Positions 45,589 to 56,038 of a stretch of 63,307 nucleotides of DNA are shown piece by piece. Every line of letters starts with the position of its first letter. Within the stretch, counting starts at the first letter, position 1. Origin of the DNA: Methanocorpusculaceae archaeon UBA456 (GTDB lineage: Archaea; Halobacteriota; Methanomicrobia; Methanomicrobiales; Methanocorpusculaceae); NCBI GenBank assembly GCA_002496395.1, contig DAJQ01000023.1, forward strand, positions 1 through 63,307, read 5' to 3'. The translations under genes and the position numbers were made by a program. The notes under the pieces were generated by a model. The model ran no database searches, was not told the origin of the DNA, and worked only from the letters and a program-made list of their open reading frames with translations.

Positions 45589-46493
45589 TCGGGATCGATA
45601 TCGGGGGAGCAAACACCAAGATCGTGGACGGCGATGAGGTGATCATCCGGTACTGTCCACTCTGGAAAGAGGCGCCGATCACAGAGATCCTCTCCGGGTT
45701 TGACGGCGAGGCTGCGGTCGTGATGAGCGGGGAGCTTGCTGACTGTTTTTATTCAAAAGCCGAGGGGATCAGATTCATCGTCAACGCGGTTCTTGAGGTA
45801 CTTCCGGAGGCACAGTTCTATGGAACTGACGGGCGGTTCCATACTGATCCGGTGCCAGAACTTGCTGCGGCAAACTGGCTGGCATCTGCTGATCTCCTCA
45901 GGGAACAATATCCTGATTCGGTGCTGATTGATTTTGGAAGCACCACCACCGATATCATACCGCTCTCCCCTTTTAGTGAGCTTCTCGGAGAGACCGATCT
46001 CTCCCGTCTCAGGAAGAACTATCTCATCTACTCCGGGATGCTCAGGACACCGGTTGCCTCGCTCCTCCGTTCAGTTGCAATTGATGGGGTAGAGACGCCA
46101 CTCTCAACCGAGTACTTTGCATCTGCCGGGGATGCACACCTCGTCCTCGGCCATATCACCCCTGAAGAGTATACGACTCCGACACCGGATGGAAAAGAGG
46201 CGGCCCGTGATCTGAGCCTTGCACGCCTCGCACGCTCTGTCTGTGCGGATCTGGATGAGATCGGTGAGGCAGGAGCGGTCGCGATTGCAGAGGCGTTCTG
46301 GGGCACCCAGAGAAGCCTTATCAAAGGATCGCTTCAGCGGATCGGAGAGCGGCCCCTGCTTGCGGGCGGGATCGGGTCGCGTCTTATCAGGAGTACCTTC
46401 GGAGGATCCGATCTCTTCGATGAGATCGGGCACTTTGCAGACGCACTCCCGGCATATGCAGTGAGAGAGGTGGCAGAACGAAACGGTATATGA
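45585..46493 (+). CDS. mfnF: Hydantoinase-A-like methanofuran biosynthesis protein
   Basis: IGIDIGGANTK, VMSGELADCF, AAANW, DFGSTTTDIIP. Confidence 0.82.
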   Translation: MIGIDIGGANTKIVDGDEVIIRYCPLWKEAPITEILSGFDGEAAVVMSGELADCFYSKAEGIRFIVNAVLEVLPEAQFYGTDGRFHTDPVPELAAANWLASADLLREQYPDSVLIDFGSTTTDIIPLSPFSELLGETDLSRLRKNYLIYSGMLRTPVASLLRSVAIDGVETPLSTEYFASAGDAHLVLGHITPEEYTTPTPDGKEAARDLSLARLARSVCADLDEIGEAGAVAIAEAFWGTQRSLIKGSLQRIGERPLLAGGIGSRLIRSTFGGSDLFDEIGHFADALPAYAVREVAERNGI

Positions 46494-46699
46494 TCCCGCT
46501 CCTCCTCCTTGCCGGATCGGTTGCGATCACGGCTCTCTCATTTCTCTTCGGGTATCCATTCTTCTTTCTGCTATTCTTCTTCCCGCTCTTCTTTCTCAGG
46601 CGGCGGGGAACGAGGAAGTGCCCTGTCTGCGGGTGGGAGGCGAAGGGCGGCGAGCAGTTCTGCCCCTTTGACGGAACGCCCCTCTGCGATGAGCCCTGA
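46490..46699 (+). CDS. Small membrane protein with zinc ribbon
   Basis: Hydrophobic N-terminus, CPVCG...FCPFDG; ATGA overlap with mfnF. Confidence 0.7.
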   Translation: MIPLLLLAGSVAITALSFLFGYPFFFLLFFFPLFFLRRRGTRKCPVCGWEAKGGEQFCPFDGTPLCDEP

Positions 46700-47158
46700 A
46701 AGTGAGATAATCCGGTTTGGAATGGGGATTCCATACATCTCAGTAGAGTCTACCGAGAAACGGGCCGCATAGTTTCTGACTGTACCCCGGTCGATCCTGA
46801 TACCAAGCGCCTCAAAAATGCGTGCTGTTCTGTGGAATGGATATTTTTTCGCAATCGCAGTTGCAAGATCAACGAGTATAACCCCATGGCGGGTATCGGG
46901 ATAGAAGGGCTCATCTGCATACCAGAGCCTCCCACACCCACTGCACCGGTACCGTGCCACCTTCACGAATACCAGTGTGATAATCTCGTCAACATAAAGG
47001 GTTGCAAACCGTTTCTTTTTGAGATCGTGTCTTCGTAGAGTAGAGGCACAGATACTGCATTGCAAGGGGATCTCCGTGAATTCCACTCCATCAAAGAGGG
47101 TGATCGCGGATCTGATCATCTCCGAAAGGAAGGGGGGGATCATCTGTCTTCGAACCAT
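46571..47158 (-). CDS. Zinc-ribbon plus HTH hypothetical protein
   Basis: CSIC...RYRCSGCGR, C-terminal FHRTARIFEALGIRIDRGTVRNY; start uncertain. Confidence 0.65.
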   Translation of the reverse strand: MVRRQMIPPFLSEMIRSAITLFDGVEFTEIPLQCSICASTLRRHDLKKKRFATLYVDEIITLVFVKVARYRCSGCGRLWYADEPFYPDTRHGVILVDLATAIAKKYPFHRTARIFEALGIRIDRGTVRNYAARFSVDSTEMYGIPIPNRIISLSGLIAEGRSVKGAELLAALRLPPADRALPRSPPPEKEEREEE

Positions 47159-47510
47159 CTGCAACTCACGTACCAAAGCATTGGGCACGTAGGTAGTTAA
47201 TCTGTCCTTTGCCGGGGCGGTATTCTGCGCGCAAGCAGAGAGATTCGGAAAAAATGATGAATGAATAGGAAAAGGAGGGAGATGTAATGAGTTGAATATA
47301 AACAAAATGGTTAAGGTTTTCAATACAACTGGATTGAGTATTTATAAGTATCTAAAATCCGGTTTTTCGGGCTTTGTGAAAATACGCTCTACCAGAAACT
47401 ATTTAGAAATGTTTTAATATCTTACCTTAAAATCATCAACTATGCCTATTCCGAAATGATCAGTTCGTTTCGGGTGATAGGTAGGACATTTAAAAGAGGT
47501 GTGTAGAAAT

Positions 47511-48368
47511 ATGGTATTTCATCCTCCAGTGCAGATTGTTGCAAAGGCGGGAGATGCAGGCAAGTATAAGGTAGGCCTGCCCGCCTGGAACATGATCATG
47601 CGTGGATTCATGTCCGGGGCATATATCGCCATGGGAGCAGGTCTTGCTACAGTCTGTAGCACAGGCGTTGCTGATTCCCTTGGCCCCGGCTTTGCAGCAC
47701 TCGTTCGTGGTGCTGTCTTCCCTGTCGGACTTATTATCACAATCCTGACAGGTGCTGAACTGTTTACCGGCGACGCAATGCTCGCTCCAATGGCTGCCTT
47801 TATCCATAAGATCAGCTGGATGCAGATCCTGAATCTCTGGGTCTGGGTCTATGTTGGAAACTTCATTGGATCAGTCGTTTATGCGTATATTATGGCATAC
47901 GGCCCGTACACAAGCTGGGATGCAGCTGGTGCAGTCACCGTCAATGCCTTCGGTATGACGGCGTTAGGAATAGCAAAAGGAAAGATTTCCTATGCGGGTG
48001 GAGCCGCCATGTGGTCACTCTTCCTGAAGGCCATCGGCTGTAACTGGCTCGTCAACCTGGCTGTGCTGCTCGGAATATGTGCAGATGACCTCATCGGCAA
48101 GTTCTTCGGCATCTGGTTCCCGATCATGGCCTTCGTCTCCAGCGGACTCGAACACAGTATCGCGAATATGATGTTCATCCCTGCAGGGATATTCGTGAAT
48201 GGGTTCTTAGGCCCCGAACACGCATCCTATGTCGCTAACCTGAGCTGGGTCACCATGTGGACAAACAACGTCATACTGGTCACCATAGGCAACATTGTCG
48301 GCGGTATGGTCTTCGTAGGTGTCATCTACTGGGTAGCATTCCGCAAAGAGATCGCGGCACTGAAGTAA
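47511..48368 (+). CDS. fdhC: Formate/nitrite transporter
   Basis: FPVGLI...GAELFTG, GNFIGS, AIGCNWLV.LA, LEHSIANM, VTIGNIVGG. Confidence 0.9.
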   Translation: MVFHPPVQIVAKAGDAGKYKVGLPAWNMIMRGFMSGAYIAMGAGLATVCSTGVADSLGPGFAALVRGAVFPVGLIITILTGAELFTGDAMLAPMAAFIHKISWMQILNLWVWVYVGNFIGSVVYAYIMAYGPYTSWDAAGAVTVNAFGMTALGIAKGKISYAGGAAMWSLFLKAIGCNWLVNLAVLLGICADDLIGKFFGIWFPIMAFVSSGLEHSIANMMFIPAGIFVNGFLGPEHASYVANLSWVTMWTNNVILVTIGNIVGGMVFVGVIYWVAFRKEIAALK

Positions 48369-48387
48369 GTACTGGTAGTGTTATCAC

Positions 48388-48927
48388 ATGAAGATCGGAA
48401 ATATAACGGTTAGAGTAACGATCATCCATCTGGGTGTCTTCCTCTTCTTCACCGCTATTTTCCTCTTCTCAATTTTTTCATCAGATAACTTCAGGATGCT
48501 CATCTGGGGCATCCCGACACTGATACTCATTCTCACCATTCCAATGGCAATGAACTACATGAGCCAGAGCCATTACAGAAGCCTGCGGCCGATCTACGAA
48601 GCTGAGGCACGGCCGATCCGGGCAAACCAGATCACCGATGGAAGTCTTGGGAAGGTCGTTCGGTATGAAGGGCTCATTGAACATGTTCACTTCAAGTTCC
48701 TCAACAGACCTCAGTACATCATCGCTGATCGGACCGGAGAAGTGGCAGTGAAGATGTTTACGTCACCTGAGGAAGATGTCGGGAAGGGGGATGTGGTTGA
48801 AGTGCTTGGCTCAATTATGCGCCGGTACATCATCACCGGAGATCCGGTTATCAATTGTGTTTCTATCAGAAAGAAGGTGAAGGAAACACAGGCTGAACCG
48901 GAAAAGAAAGAAAAGAAGAAGAGATAA
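48388..48927 (+). CDS. Membrane protein with OB-fold domain
   Basis: Two TM helices, then IADRTGEVAVKMF...GDVVEVLG. Confidence 0.75.
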   Translation: MKIGNITVRVTIIHLGVFLFFTAIFLFSIFSSDNFRMLIWGIPTLILILTIPMAMNYMSQSHYRSLRPIYEAEARPIRANQITDGSLGKVVRYEGLIEHVHFKFLNRPQYIIADRTGEVAVKMFTSPEEDVGKGDVVEVLGSIMRRYIITGDPVINCVSIRKKVKETQAEPEKKEKKKR

Positions 48928-50526
48928 TTACACAAAACTATTCTTCAGACCATCCCTCAAAGGATTGGTCTTCTTCATATCATCCTGTTTGATATATCGA
49001 TCAAATGCATGGATCCGGCAGCTGATCGGGAACGGGACCGAGAGGGTGCTGATCACCGCTTCTCCCCGTTCCAGGGTCTGGATCTCACTATCCAGCGGAG
49101 TTAAATCCTGTTTTGCGCTTGAAGCGATCATCGCCCGATCTGTTTTATCCGAGAGTCCAAGGACAACAAAGGTGTTGATCTGGGCAAGGATCCGGGGATC
49201 GATATTCTTTGGCTGCTGGGTGATCACACAGAGGCCGATCCCAAACTTCCTGCCTTCCATCGCGCACTCACGGAAGACAGCGGTTCCCCTGCCGGGTCCA
49301 AGCACACGCTGCGCCTCTTCGATTGCGATGAGGATCTGGCCTGCCGGAGCGGTTTCATCTGCCCCAAACCCGTCATTTCTCCGTTCATTCAGAAATGTCC
49401 GTGTGAGGAGGGAGAGGATAAAGAGTTCAGACTGTTCACGCATGCCTGGGATATCAATTAAGACCACCTTCTGCTCTTCGAGGGCTCTTCTGATCCCATT
49501 AAGGGATGAGCCGGATCTCCGGAAGAAGGTGTTGTGTCTTGTCAGGATCTCAAGTTTCCGCTTGATAGATCTGAGAGATGCTTCATGGAACTCCTTTAAT
49601 CGGCGGGCGAGCTGGGGGTTTGTGCCGGCATAGGTGTCATACCAGTCCTCGGTAAAGTCGGTTGCATGGAAGAAGTCAATCAGGAGCGACCCTGAGATGT
49701 CACTCAGAGTCTCCAGGATCTCGCTCTGCGCTTCTGAGAACTCGAAGATCGGATAGAGATCAGATGGCCTGAAATCATCGTAGGCGATGCTCAGCGTGGA
49801 TGCACCATATCGTTTGATCGACTGTTCATCCCGTGTCGAGAAGATCGCTAACCCGCCTCTTCCTTCCCGGTAGTGGGTGAGGCCGGGATTTTCTCCTCCC
49901 CCGGGTGTCGGCCTCCCCTTGAGATATTCGCCATGCGGATCGACCATCAGAAGTCCAAATGGCTGCTCTTTCATGCAGGATGCCGAGAAGACCTTCATGA
50001 AGTTGCTCTTCCCCATCCCGGTGGTTGCAAAGACACCCATATGCTGGTTTAAGTCATGAGGGTGAAGACCGACTTTTGCAGTTGCAATGGTGCCGGTTCC
50101 GTTCCTGACAAGCCCGACCTCGATCTTCCCCATGTACTTCTCCAGAAATGCAAAATCCTCTTCTTCTGCTATCCTGACCGCCGAGAATTTTGTGGGAACA
50201 GTCTTTGGGCGGCGGAAGTTGCCGTCCGGATCAAGGTAGCCAAGCGGGGTTGCTTCAAGCAGGAGAAAGACATCCTCCCCGAGATTATAGAAATGGGAGG
50301 TATGGGGGCGGGTATCCCAGTTGGCATCGGCAAAGTTGCTTGCATGCTGGATCCCGGTCACTTTTGCATAGAAGGTGAACTGTTTCTGGCTGTCATGGAT
50401 TGCCAGCAGATCACCTAAAAAGATCTCGCTTGAATAGGGGATTGCACACTTATAGCTTGAGTGCGTCTGGCCAATCAGGCGGAATTTTGCTGCATCGGCT
50501 GTATCAATATCGATTAAGTTCGTCAT
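48928..50526 (-). CDS. herA: HerA helicase/translocase
   Basis: FATTGMGKS, VDPHGEY, IEEAQ, EGRKFGIGLCVITQQP; track start 50556 is an alternative. Confidence 0.9.
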   Translation of the reverse strand: MTNLIDIDTADAAKFRLIGQTHSSYKCAIPYSSEIFLGDLLAIHDSQKQFTFYAKVTGIQHASNFADANWDTRPHTSHFYNLGEDVFLLLEATPLGYLDPDGNFRRPKTVPTKFSAVRIAEEEDFAFLEKYMGKIEVGLVRNGTGTIATAKVGLHPHDLNQHMGVFATTGMGKSNFMKVFSASCMKEQPFGLLMVDPHGEYLKGRPTPGGGENPGLTHYREGRGGLAIFSTRDEQSIKRYGASTLSIAYDDFRPSDLYPIFEFSEAQSEILETLSDISGSLLIDFFHATDFTEDWYDTYAGTNPQLARRLKEFHEASLRSIKRKLEILTRHNTFFRRSGSSLNGIRRALEEQKVVLIDIPGMREQSELFILSLLTRTFLNERRNDGFGADETAPAGQILIAIEEAQRVLGPGRGTAVFRECAMEGRKFGIGLCVITQQPKNIDPRILAQINTFVVLGLSDKTDRAMIASSAKQDLTPLDSEIQTLERGEAVISTLSVPFPISCRIHAFDRYIKQDDMKKTNPLRDGLKNSFV

Positions 50527-51478
50527 GGTAATCTCCAAGAATCTCTTCATATCCATCGTAATTGATCGACTGGGTCGAACATCCGGCGATGATATCGTGT
50601 CTGATCCGGTGCACCTGGTCAGATCGGATCACCGCCTGGCGATGGGCATCCATCAGGGGGTACGGATACCCGACCACCCGGCCGTCACCTGCATAGGAGG
50701 CGAGTGCCGAAAAGACGGCGGCAACCTCTTCTTCAGAATAACCGTGTGGCAGCGTTACCAGAAACGCACGTTCTGCACGGGGGTGGAGGCAGGCAACATA
50801 TCCTTCCTCTATCCTCAGGTACCAGGGTGGCCTGATGCCGAGCTCTCCTGCAGCTCTCATCGCCGCCGGGACAATCGGATGCACCCCGTCCCAGGTGGCG
50901 CCTGCGTTCTTGGTGACGGCGGCAAGGAGGAGGCCGCGTTCCCGGCAGATACCTTTGATCTCCTCAAGGATCGCGGTGTGAGAGGAGTGTTCCGCATAGA
51001 GTGCGCCGTCGAGGAGGAGGAGGGTGCCGGGTTTTGATTCGCGGGCGGCGATTACGGCGAGGCCGTACTCGATGGTGTCGCGGAAGGCCGCCTCTGCGGC
51101 AAGGGTATTCCCTGTTTCAAGACCCGCATCCGGGGCCCGCCCGAAATAGTCGGAATAGAGTTCGATATAATCCTCATCCTGCCCCTCGCCTATCCGGAAG
51201 ATCCGCCATGAGGTGAGCCTGAGAGAGCTTCTCTTCTGGTCCTGATAGCCGGGCATCGCACCCCGGCAGACGATCAGGTTGAAGAAGGGGGTCGAATAGA
51301 CGGTCGCATTGCTCCCGTCGATCGCGGTGACAGGCCGATCTGCTGCGGGTGTGATCGGGATAAAGTCAGCCTTTTGGATCTGTTTTGCAGAAAGGAATGA
51401 CTCCCCATCACCCTCTCCACGCCGCCGTCTGATCTCGGCAACCACCCGGATTAAGTCCTGGATATAGGTGCCGTTCAC
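50504..51478 (-). CDS. nurA: NurA nuclease
   Basis: TAIDGS, LLLDGAL, GYPYPLMDAH; GTGA overlap with rad50. Confidence 0.88.
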   Translation of the reverse strand: MNGTYIQDLIRVVAEIRRRRGEGDGESFLSAKQIQKADFIPITPAADRPVTAIDGSNATVYSTPFFNLIVCRGAMPGYQDQKRSSLRLTSWRIFRIGEGQDEDYIELYSDYFGRAPDAGLETGNTLAAEAAFRDTIEYGLAVIAARESKPGTLLLLDGALYAEHSSHTAILEEIKGICRERGLLLAAVTKNAGATWDGVHPIVPAAMRAAGELGIRPPWYLRIEEGYVACLHPRAERAFLVTLPHGYSEEEVAAVFSALASYAGDGRVVGYPYPLMDAHRQAVIRSDQVHRIRHDIIAGCSTQSINYDGYEEILGDYHDELNRY

Positions 51479-54400
51479 TGCTCCACCTCCACTGCGAGAC
51501 TGGTGAGATCGGGCTGCTCCTCCACCCTGATGACGGTCTGGCATTCCTCCTGCACCCCTTCGATATGGGAGATCAGGAGGATCTGGGGGAAGTAGGGCTC
51601 CTGTTTCCTGAGGGCTGTCACCAGGTTCCTCCTCCGCTCCTCATCCTGGCTCCCGAAGATCTCATCAAAGATCAGAACAGTCGCATCCCGGATACGGTGG
51701 GTTGCCGCGATATGGCGGGAGAGGGCGATCCTGAGGGCAACAGCGATATCATCCTGTTCCCCGCCTGAGAACCGGGATGCCGGGTAATCATCGCCTGCCT
51801 CATGCACCCGGATCGAGAAGTCGTCATCAATGGTGACATACTCATACCTCCCATCAGTGATGAGGGAGAGGATCTCCCCCACCTCGCCCTCGATCCGGCC
51901 CCGGACAGAGCCGATTAAGTGGTCGGCAAACTGTTTCATGATCGTACCCGTCGTCTCCAGGAGGGCTTTCTCAGAGAGGAGAGTTGCCTGTTCCTTCTCA
52001 TATGCTGCTGCTTTTGCGATAGATTCCCTGATCCTCTCCCTTTTCACCCGGACGCCACCCAGAAGGCCGGTGATCTCGCGTATCCGGGCATCACATCCCT
52101 TCTTCTCTTCCTGAAGCGAGTCTGCCTGCTTCCGGATCGCCTCAAGCTCCTGCGGGATAGATCCATACCCTGCAATCTTCTCTTCGATTCGGGCGATTGC
52201 AGCCTCCTGAAGCGACTTCTCTTCGGAGATTCGTCTGATATCTGCCTCAATGAACGGTATCCGCTCGATCTTTCCTTTCAGGGAGAGGTACCGGTCATGG
52301 TTCTCTGTTGCCATTGCCAGCTCTTCCTCGGCTTTCTGGTACTGCACCTCATCAAAACCGATCTCTTGGATCTCCTGCTGGATGAGAGCAGACTGTTTTT
52401 GTAGCTTTTCGATCTCTGCTGTTTCAGCCCTGAGGTTCTCTTCGATCGCCTCTCTCCCACGGGCAACAACCGATGCTTCCCGGAACTCTTCATAGAGGGG
52501 ATCGAGTGTCTTCTGAACAGAATCGATCTCCCTGAGGGCATCTTCAGAATACCCTGATTGTTCGCGGAGGTGTGACACCTCCTCCATCCGTGAGAAGAGA
52601 CGCTCGGCACGGCCTGCAAGCGTCTTCTGTTCTGCCTCAATCTCAGGGATCCGCCTGAGTGCGCCTGCGATCTCGTCCCTCTTCCGGGTAAGTGACTGGA
52701 ACTCCTCGACCTGCCGGTTGATCTCATCGCAACTGATAGCCGGAAGCGCCAGTGCGGCGACTGCCTCCTGTTTCTGAAGGACGAGTGAAGCGAGCCGCTC
52801 CATCTCTTTTGTCCGCTCATGTATCCGCGCCTCGATCCCGGCAAGGTTCCGTTCCGCTTCCATGCAGCGGGCGATCTGATCGTCCTTCTCCCTGATCGCC
52901 TGTTCCGTCTCTTTGATCAGGAGTTCGCCAGAAGCGAGGCGCTCCCTCTTCGATTGAATATCAGAGGTGAATCCTGCGATCTGGTCGAGGAGGAGGGTGC
53001 GGGCATCGTCATACCGTTCCTTCAGGGGCTGGCCGCAGGTCGGGCAGCTGCTCTCCTCCCCGGCGGCGTCGAGTTCCGCAAGATGCCGTTCTGATTCGCT
53101 GCGGGCGGTCTCTGCATGGGCAATTCCCGATCTGAGTGTGGCAATCTCGCCCCGGATCTGATCAGCGGTCTTCCGTGCTGCTGCCAGACTCCCGGCTGCC
53201 TCCTCTTTCATCTCCACAAGAGAAAGAAGAGGGGCGGCTTTTTCGCGAAGTAACCGGATATCCGCATCAATTGCCGGGATCTGATCCTGCAGGAGCAGGC
53301 ACTCCTTCTTCAGCCGTTCACCCTCATGGAAACGCTCCCTGAGAGCGGGGACTCCGTTTCGGGATATGATCTCATCGTGTATCCGGGTGCATTCAGCTTC
53401 GAGTGCTGCGAGCCGCTCCCGCTCTTCCCTGAGTACCTGCACCTGCTCCTTCAGCACCCGGATCTCGGATTCAAGCGAGGCGAGCTCCTTTCCCGTGCGG
53501 TGATAGACCTCCTGCGCCTCTTCAAGTGACCGGCGACGGGCAATCAGCTGGTCCCGCTCTGCCGGAATATGGGCAAGGCGTGACAGAACGGCTTCTGCAT
53601 CCCTTGCATGGGAAAGCTGCTCTTCAAGCCGTGCCTGTGAACGCGAGAGCTCCCTGAGCCGTGTATTGGCTTCATTGAGCCGGGTTGTGGCATCCCGGTG
53701 CGCCTCCCGCGCCTTCCGGAGCGAAAATGAGCGGGTTTTAATCTCCTCATAGCGGGCCTCCTGCACCTCTGCTGCTTCGAAGTGAACCAGATCAGCCCTG
53801 AGCAGAACGAGCTCTTTCTCTGCTTCCTCAAGCTGGCGGCTGAGTTTTGTAAGCGCCTCCTGCCTCCCCGTCCGGTCTGAAGAGAGAGCGGAGAGCTCCT
53901 GCATCTTCTGCTGGAGCACCTCTTTCTCTTTTGCATTAGTCTTCTCAGCCGACTGGAGCGCCTCGAGTGCGGCTGTTGCTTTGGCAAGGGAGGCGGAATA
54001 ATGCTTCTCCTTCTGCTCCTCCTCATCGTCGGCAACCTTCAGGTGGTCAGAGTCGATCTCCTCAAGCCTCCCTGCGAGGGTTGCGATCCGCTCTTCGAGT
54101 CCCCTGATCTCTGTCCTGATCGCCTCCCATGATGCGTCACGGATCCGCTCGATCCCAAGCGCCCGCATGAACCAGCGTTTTCGTTCGACAGGGTTCTTAT
54201 CGAGAAGCGCCAGCAGATCCCGCTGCGGCGCATAGATGGTAGTTCTGAAGTCAGAGGGGCCCATCCTCAGGATCTGCTGCACCGCTTCCCGCACAGGACT
54301 GACGCCGGTTGCGATCAGCCGCCCGTCCCCGAAATTGAGCTGAGCATCATGGTGGGTCGTCTGGCCTTTCCGGAACGAGCGGACGATCGTGTAGCCTTCT

Positions 54401-54642
54401 CCGCCTGTCTGGAAGGAGAACCGGACCTCGCACTTCTCTTTCGGCCCTGCTCCGGCGGAAACCACATACTCCGCATCGATCCCCGAGCCGGAGATCCCGT
54501 ACAGTGCAAAGACGATCGCTTCCATGATCGTGCTCTTCCCGGCACCGTTGCTCCCGACTATGGCGGTGATCCCATCCCTGAAGGTGAAGGTCTGGTCCCG
54601 GTACCGCTTGAAGTTCTTCAGGGTCAGCTCCTCGAGGATCAT
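51475..54642 (-). CDS. rad50: Rad50 SMC-family ATPase
   Basis: GSNGAGKST, long coiled coil, CPTC zinc hook, FSGGEQ, IFDEIF. Confidence 0.93.
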   Translation of the reverse strand: MILEELTLKNFKRYRDQTFTFRDGITAIVGSNGAGKSTIMEAIVFALYGISGSGIDAEYVVSAGAGPKEKCEVRFSFQTGGEGYTIVRSFRKGQTTHHDAQLNFGDGRLIATGVSPVREAVQQILRMGPSDFRTTIYAPQRDLLALLDKNPVERKRWFMRALGIERIRDASWEAIRTEIRGLEERIATLAGRLEEIDSDHLKVADDEEEQKEKHYSASLAKATAALEALQSAEKTNAKEKEVLQQKMQELSALSSDRTGRQEALTKLSRQLEEAEKELVLLRADLVHFEAAEVQEARYEEIKTRSFSLRKAREAHRDATTRLNEANTRLRELSRSQARLEEQLSHARDAEAVLSRLAHIPAERDQLIARRRSLEEAQEVYHRTGKELASLESEIRVLKEQVQVLREERERLAALEAECTRIHDEIISRNGVPALRERFHEGERLKKECLLLQDQIPAIDADIRLLREKAAPLLSLVEMKEEAAGSLAAARKTADQIRGEIATLRSGIAHAETARSESERHLAELDAAGEESSCPTCGQPLKERYDDARTLLLDQIAGFTSDIQSKRERLASGELLIKETEQAIREKDDQIARCMEAERNLAGIEARIHERTKEMERLASLVLQKQEAVAALALPAISCDEINRQVEEFQSLTRKRDEIAGALRRIPEIEAEQKTLAGRAERLFSRMEEVSHLREQSGYSEDALREIDSVQKTLDPLYEEFREASVVARGREAIEENLRAETAEIEKLQKQSALIQQEIQEIGFDEVQYQKAEEELAMATENHDRYLSLKGKIERIPFIEADIRRISEEKSLQEAAIARIEEKIAGYGSIPQELEAIRKQADSLQEEKKGCDARIREITGLLGGVRVKRERIRESIAKAAAYEKEQATLLSEKALLETTGTIMKQFADHLIGSVRGRIEGEVGEILSLITDGRYEYVTIDDDFSIRVHEAGDDYPASRFSGGEQDDIAVALRIALSRHIAATHRIRDATVLIFDEIFGSQDEERRRNLVTALRKQEPYFPQILLISHIEGVQEECQTVIRVEEQPDLTSLAVEVEQ

Positions 54643-55772
54643 TCGGTATCTGCCTCCTCCACAATCGAGGAGAGGATGCCTGATCCCTTCCCGAGGATGA
54701 ATGACTCGGTCTTCTCCGGGAGCCCCCGGCCTTTCACAAAGGCGATGAATTCTTCCTGGATATTGAAGGCTGAATCGCTCTGCCTCCGCTCCGGGACGAT
54801 CTCGCCGGGAGAGATGGTTTTGATCCGGAGATCAAGCACCTGTTCCCGGATACGTGCCATCTCCCTGCCCGATAGAGCGCGGGCTGTCTCCTTTCTGATC
54901 CCCTCAAGGGTGATCTGTGCCATCGGGGGAGTATGGGAGGAGATCGCCTCGATCCGTGACTCGATCTCTTCGATGATCTCACCCGCTGAGAGATCTTCTG
55001 CGAGCAGCGAGCCGAGATCGATCATCGGGGTCTTTGGGAGGGGGAGGGGGTCAACGCTCCTCGTTGCAGTATCGACGATGAGCCCGCCTTTCTTCTCATG
55101 GATCTCGCCATAGGTGAGATGCTCGATCGATCCCGAGTACCAGGCATGGGGCCCGACCTGGCTCTGGTTATGGTAATGGCCAAGGGCAATGTAATCAAAG
55201 TCGGCGATCGTCATGGTGGCGTCGATCTCATGTTCTGCAACCGTTGCCAGCCGCTTATCAGTGATGCTGCTGGCAAGCCCGTGGGTGACCAGCACGTTGT
55301 TGTGGGCGGGGGAGCGTTCGACCTCATCGTATGCCTCCCGGTACTGGTCGGGGTTGAGCATGTTCGGTATCAGGTGGAAGACTGTGTCCCCGCACTCGAC
55401 GGACTCATACCGAAACCGGTATGCCATATGGACGGTGCCCGGGTGATATTCAAAGAGCGAGAAGGGCGCGCGGGTGTACCGGGTCTTTGGAATACTGTGG
55501 TTGCCTGCGATCATGATCAGGGGGATACCGGCATCCGAGAGGAGTTCCAGCGCCTCAAATGCGGTGACATACGCCTGTGTCCGGGGCTTCACCGAGTCGA
55601 AGAGATCTCCTGCGTGAAGGAGTGCATCAGGCCGCAATCTACAGATTTCTTCTATTGATGCAAGAAAATTCTGATAAATCTGCGTCTCCCGGAGATTCAT
55701 GCCGGTCTCCGGATCAACACGGGAGAAGGCGGCGACACCGAGATGGGTATCGGCGATATGGATGATCTTCAT
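54639..55772 (-). CDS. mre11: Mre11 nuclease
   Basis: HIADTHLG, HAGDLFD, AGNHS, VTHG, ALGHYH, YSGSIE. Confidence 0.93.
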   Translation of the reverse strand: MKIIHIADTHLGVAAFSRVDPETGMNLRETQIYQNFLASIEEICRLRPDALLHAGDLFDSVKPRTQAYVTAFEALELLSDAGIPLIMIAGNHSIPKTRYTRAPFSLFEYHPGTVHMAYRFRYESVECGDTVFHLIPNMLNPDQYREAYDEVERSPAHNNVLVTHGLASSITDKRLATVAEHEIDATMTIADFDYIALGHYHNQSQVGPHAWYSGSIEHLTYGEIHEKKGGLIVDTATRSVDPLPLPKTPMIDLGSLLAEDLSAGEIIEEIESRIEAISSHTPPMAQITLEGIRKETARALSGREMARIREQVLDLRIKTISPGEIVPERRQSDSAFNIQEEFIAFVKGRGLPEKTESFILGKGSGILSSIVEEADTE

Positions 55773-55857
55773 TGATCGTATCTTCTACCTCCAGAGAATT
55801 AAGTGCTGGGAGTGGAGGGTGAAAGTAAAAGGGAAGGCGGCACAATGATCCTGTACC

Positions 55858-56037
55858 ATGTCACAACGTGCAACTGATGCACTCTTTCAGTCACTCTTTC
55901 TCCTGACCGATATCAGGGTGATGCTCCGGGAGTCAGCACCCCTCCATCAGCTGAGTGCTGAAGAGAAGGAAAAAGCCGGGAAACTGCTCAAGAGCGTGCG
56001 GCGCCAGATCGATATCCTTGAAGAGGAGCTGATCTGA
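55858..56037 (+). CDS. 59-aa hypothetical protein directly upstream of pscS
   Basis: Manual translation MSQRATDALFQSLFLLTDIRVMLRESAPLHQLSAEEKEKAGKLLKSVRRQIDILEEELI*; stop is 1 nt before the pscS ATG. Confidence 0.65.
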   Translation: MSQRATDALFQSLFLLTDIRVMLRESAPLHQLSAEEKEKAGKLLKSVRRQIDILEEELI

Positions 56038-56038
56038 G

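Noticed and set aside
48928-55772. HerA plus nuclease cluster as a possible anti-phage system
   Set aside because: It is the standard archaeal mre11-rad50-nurA-herA repair operon with canonical motifs.
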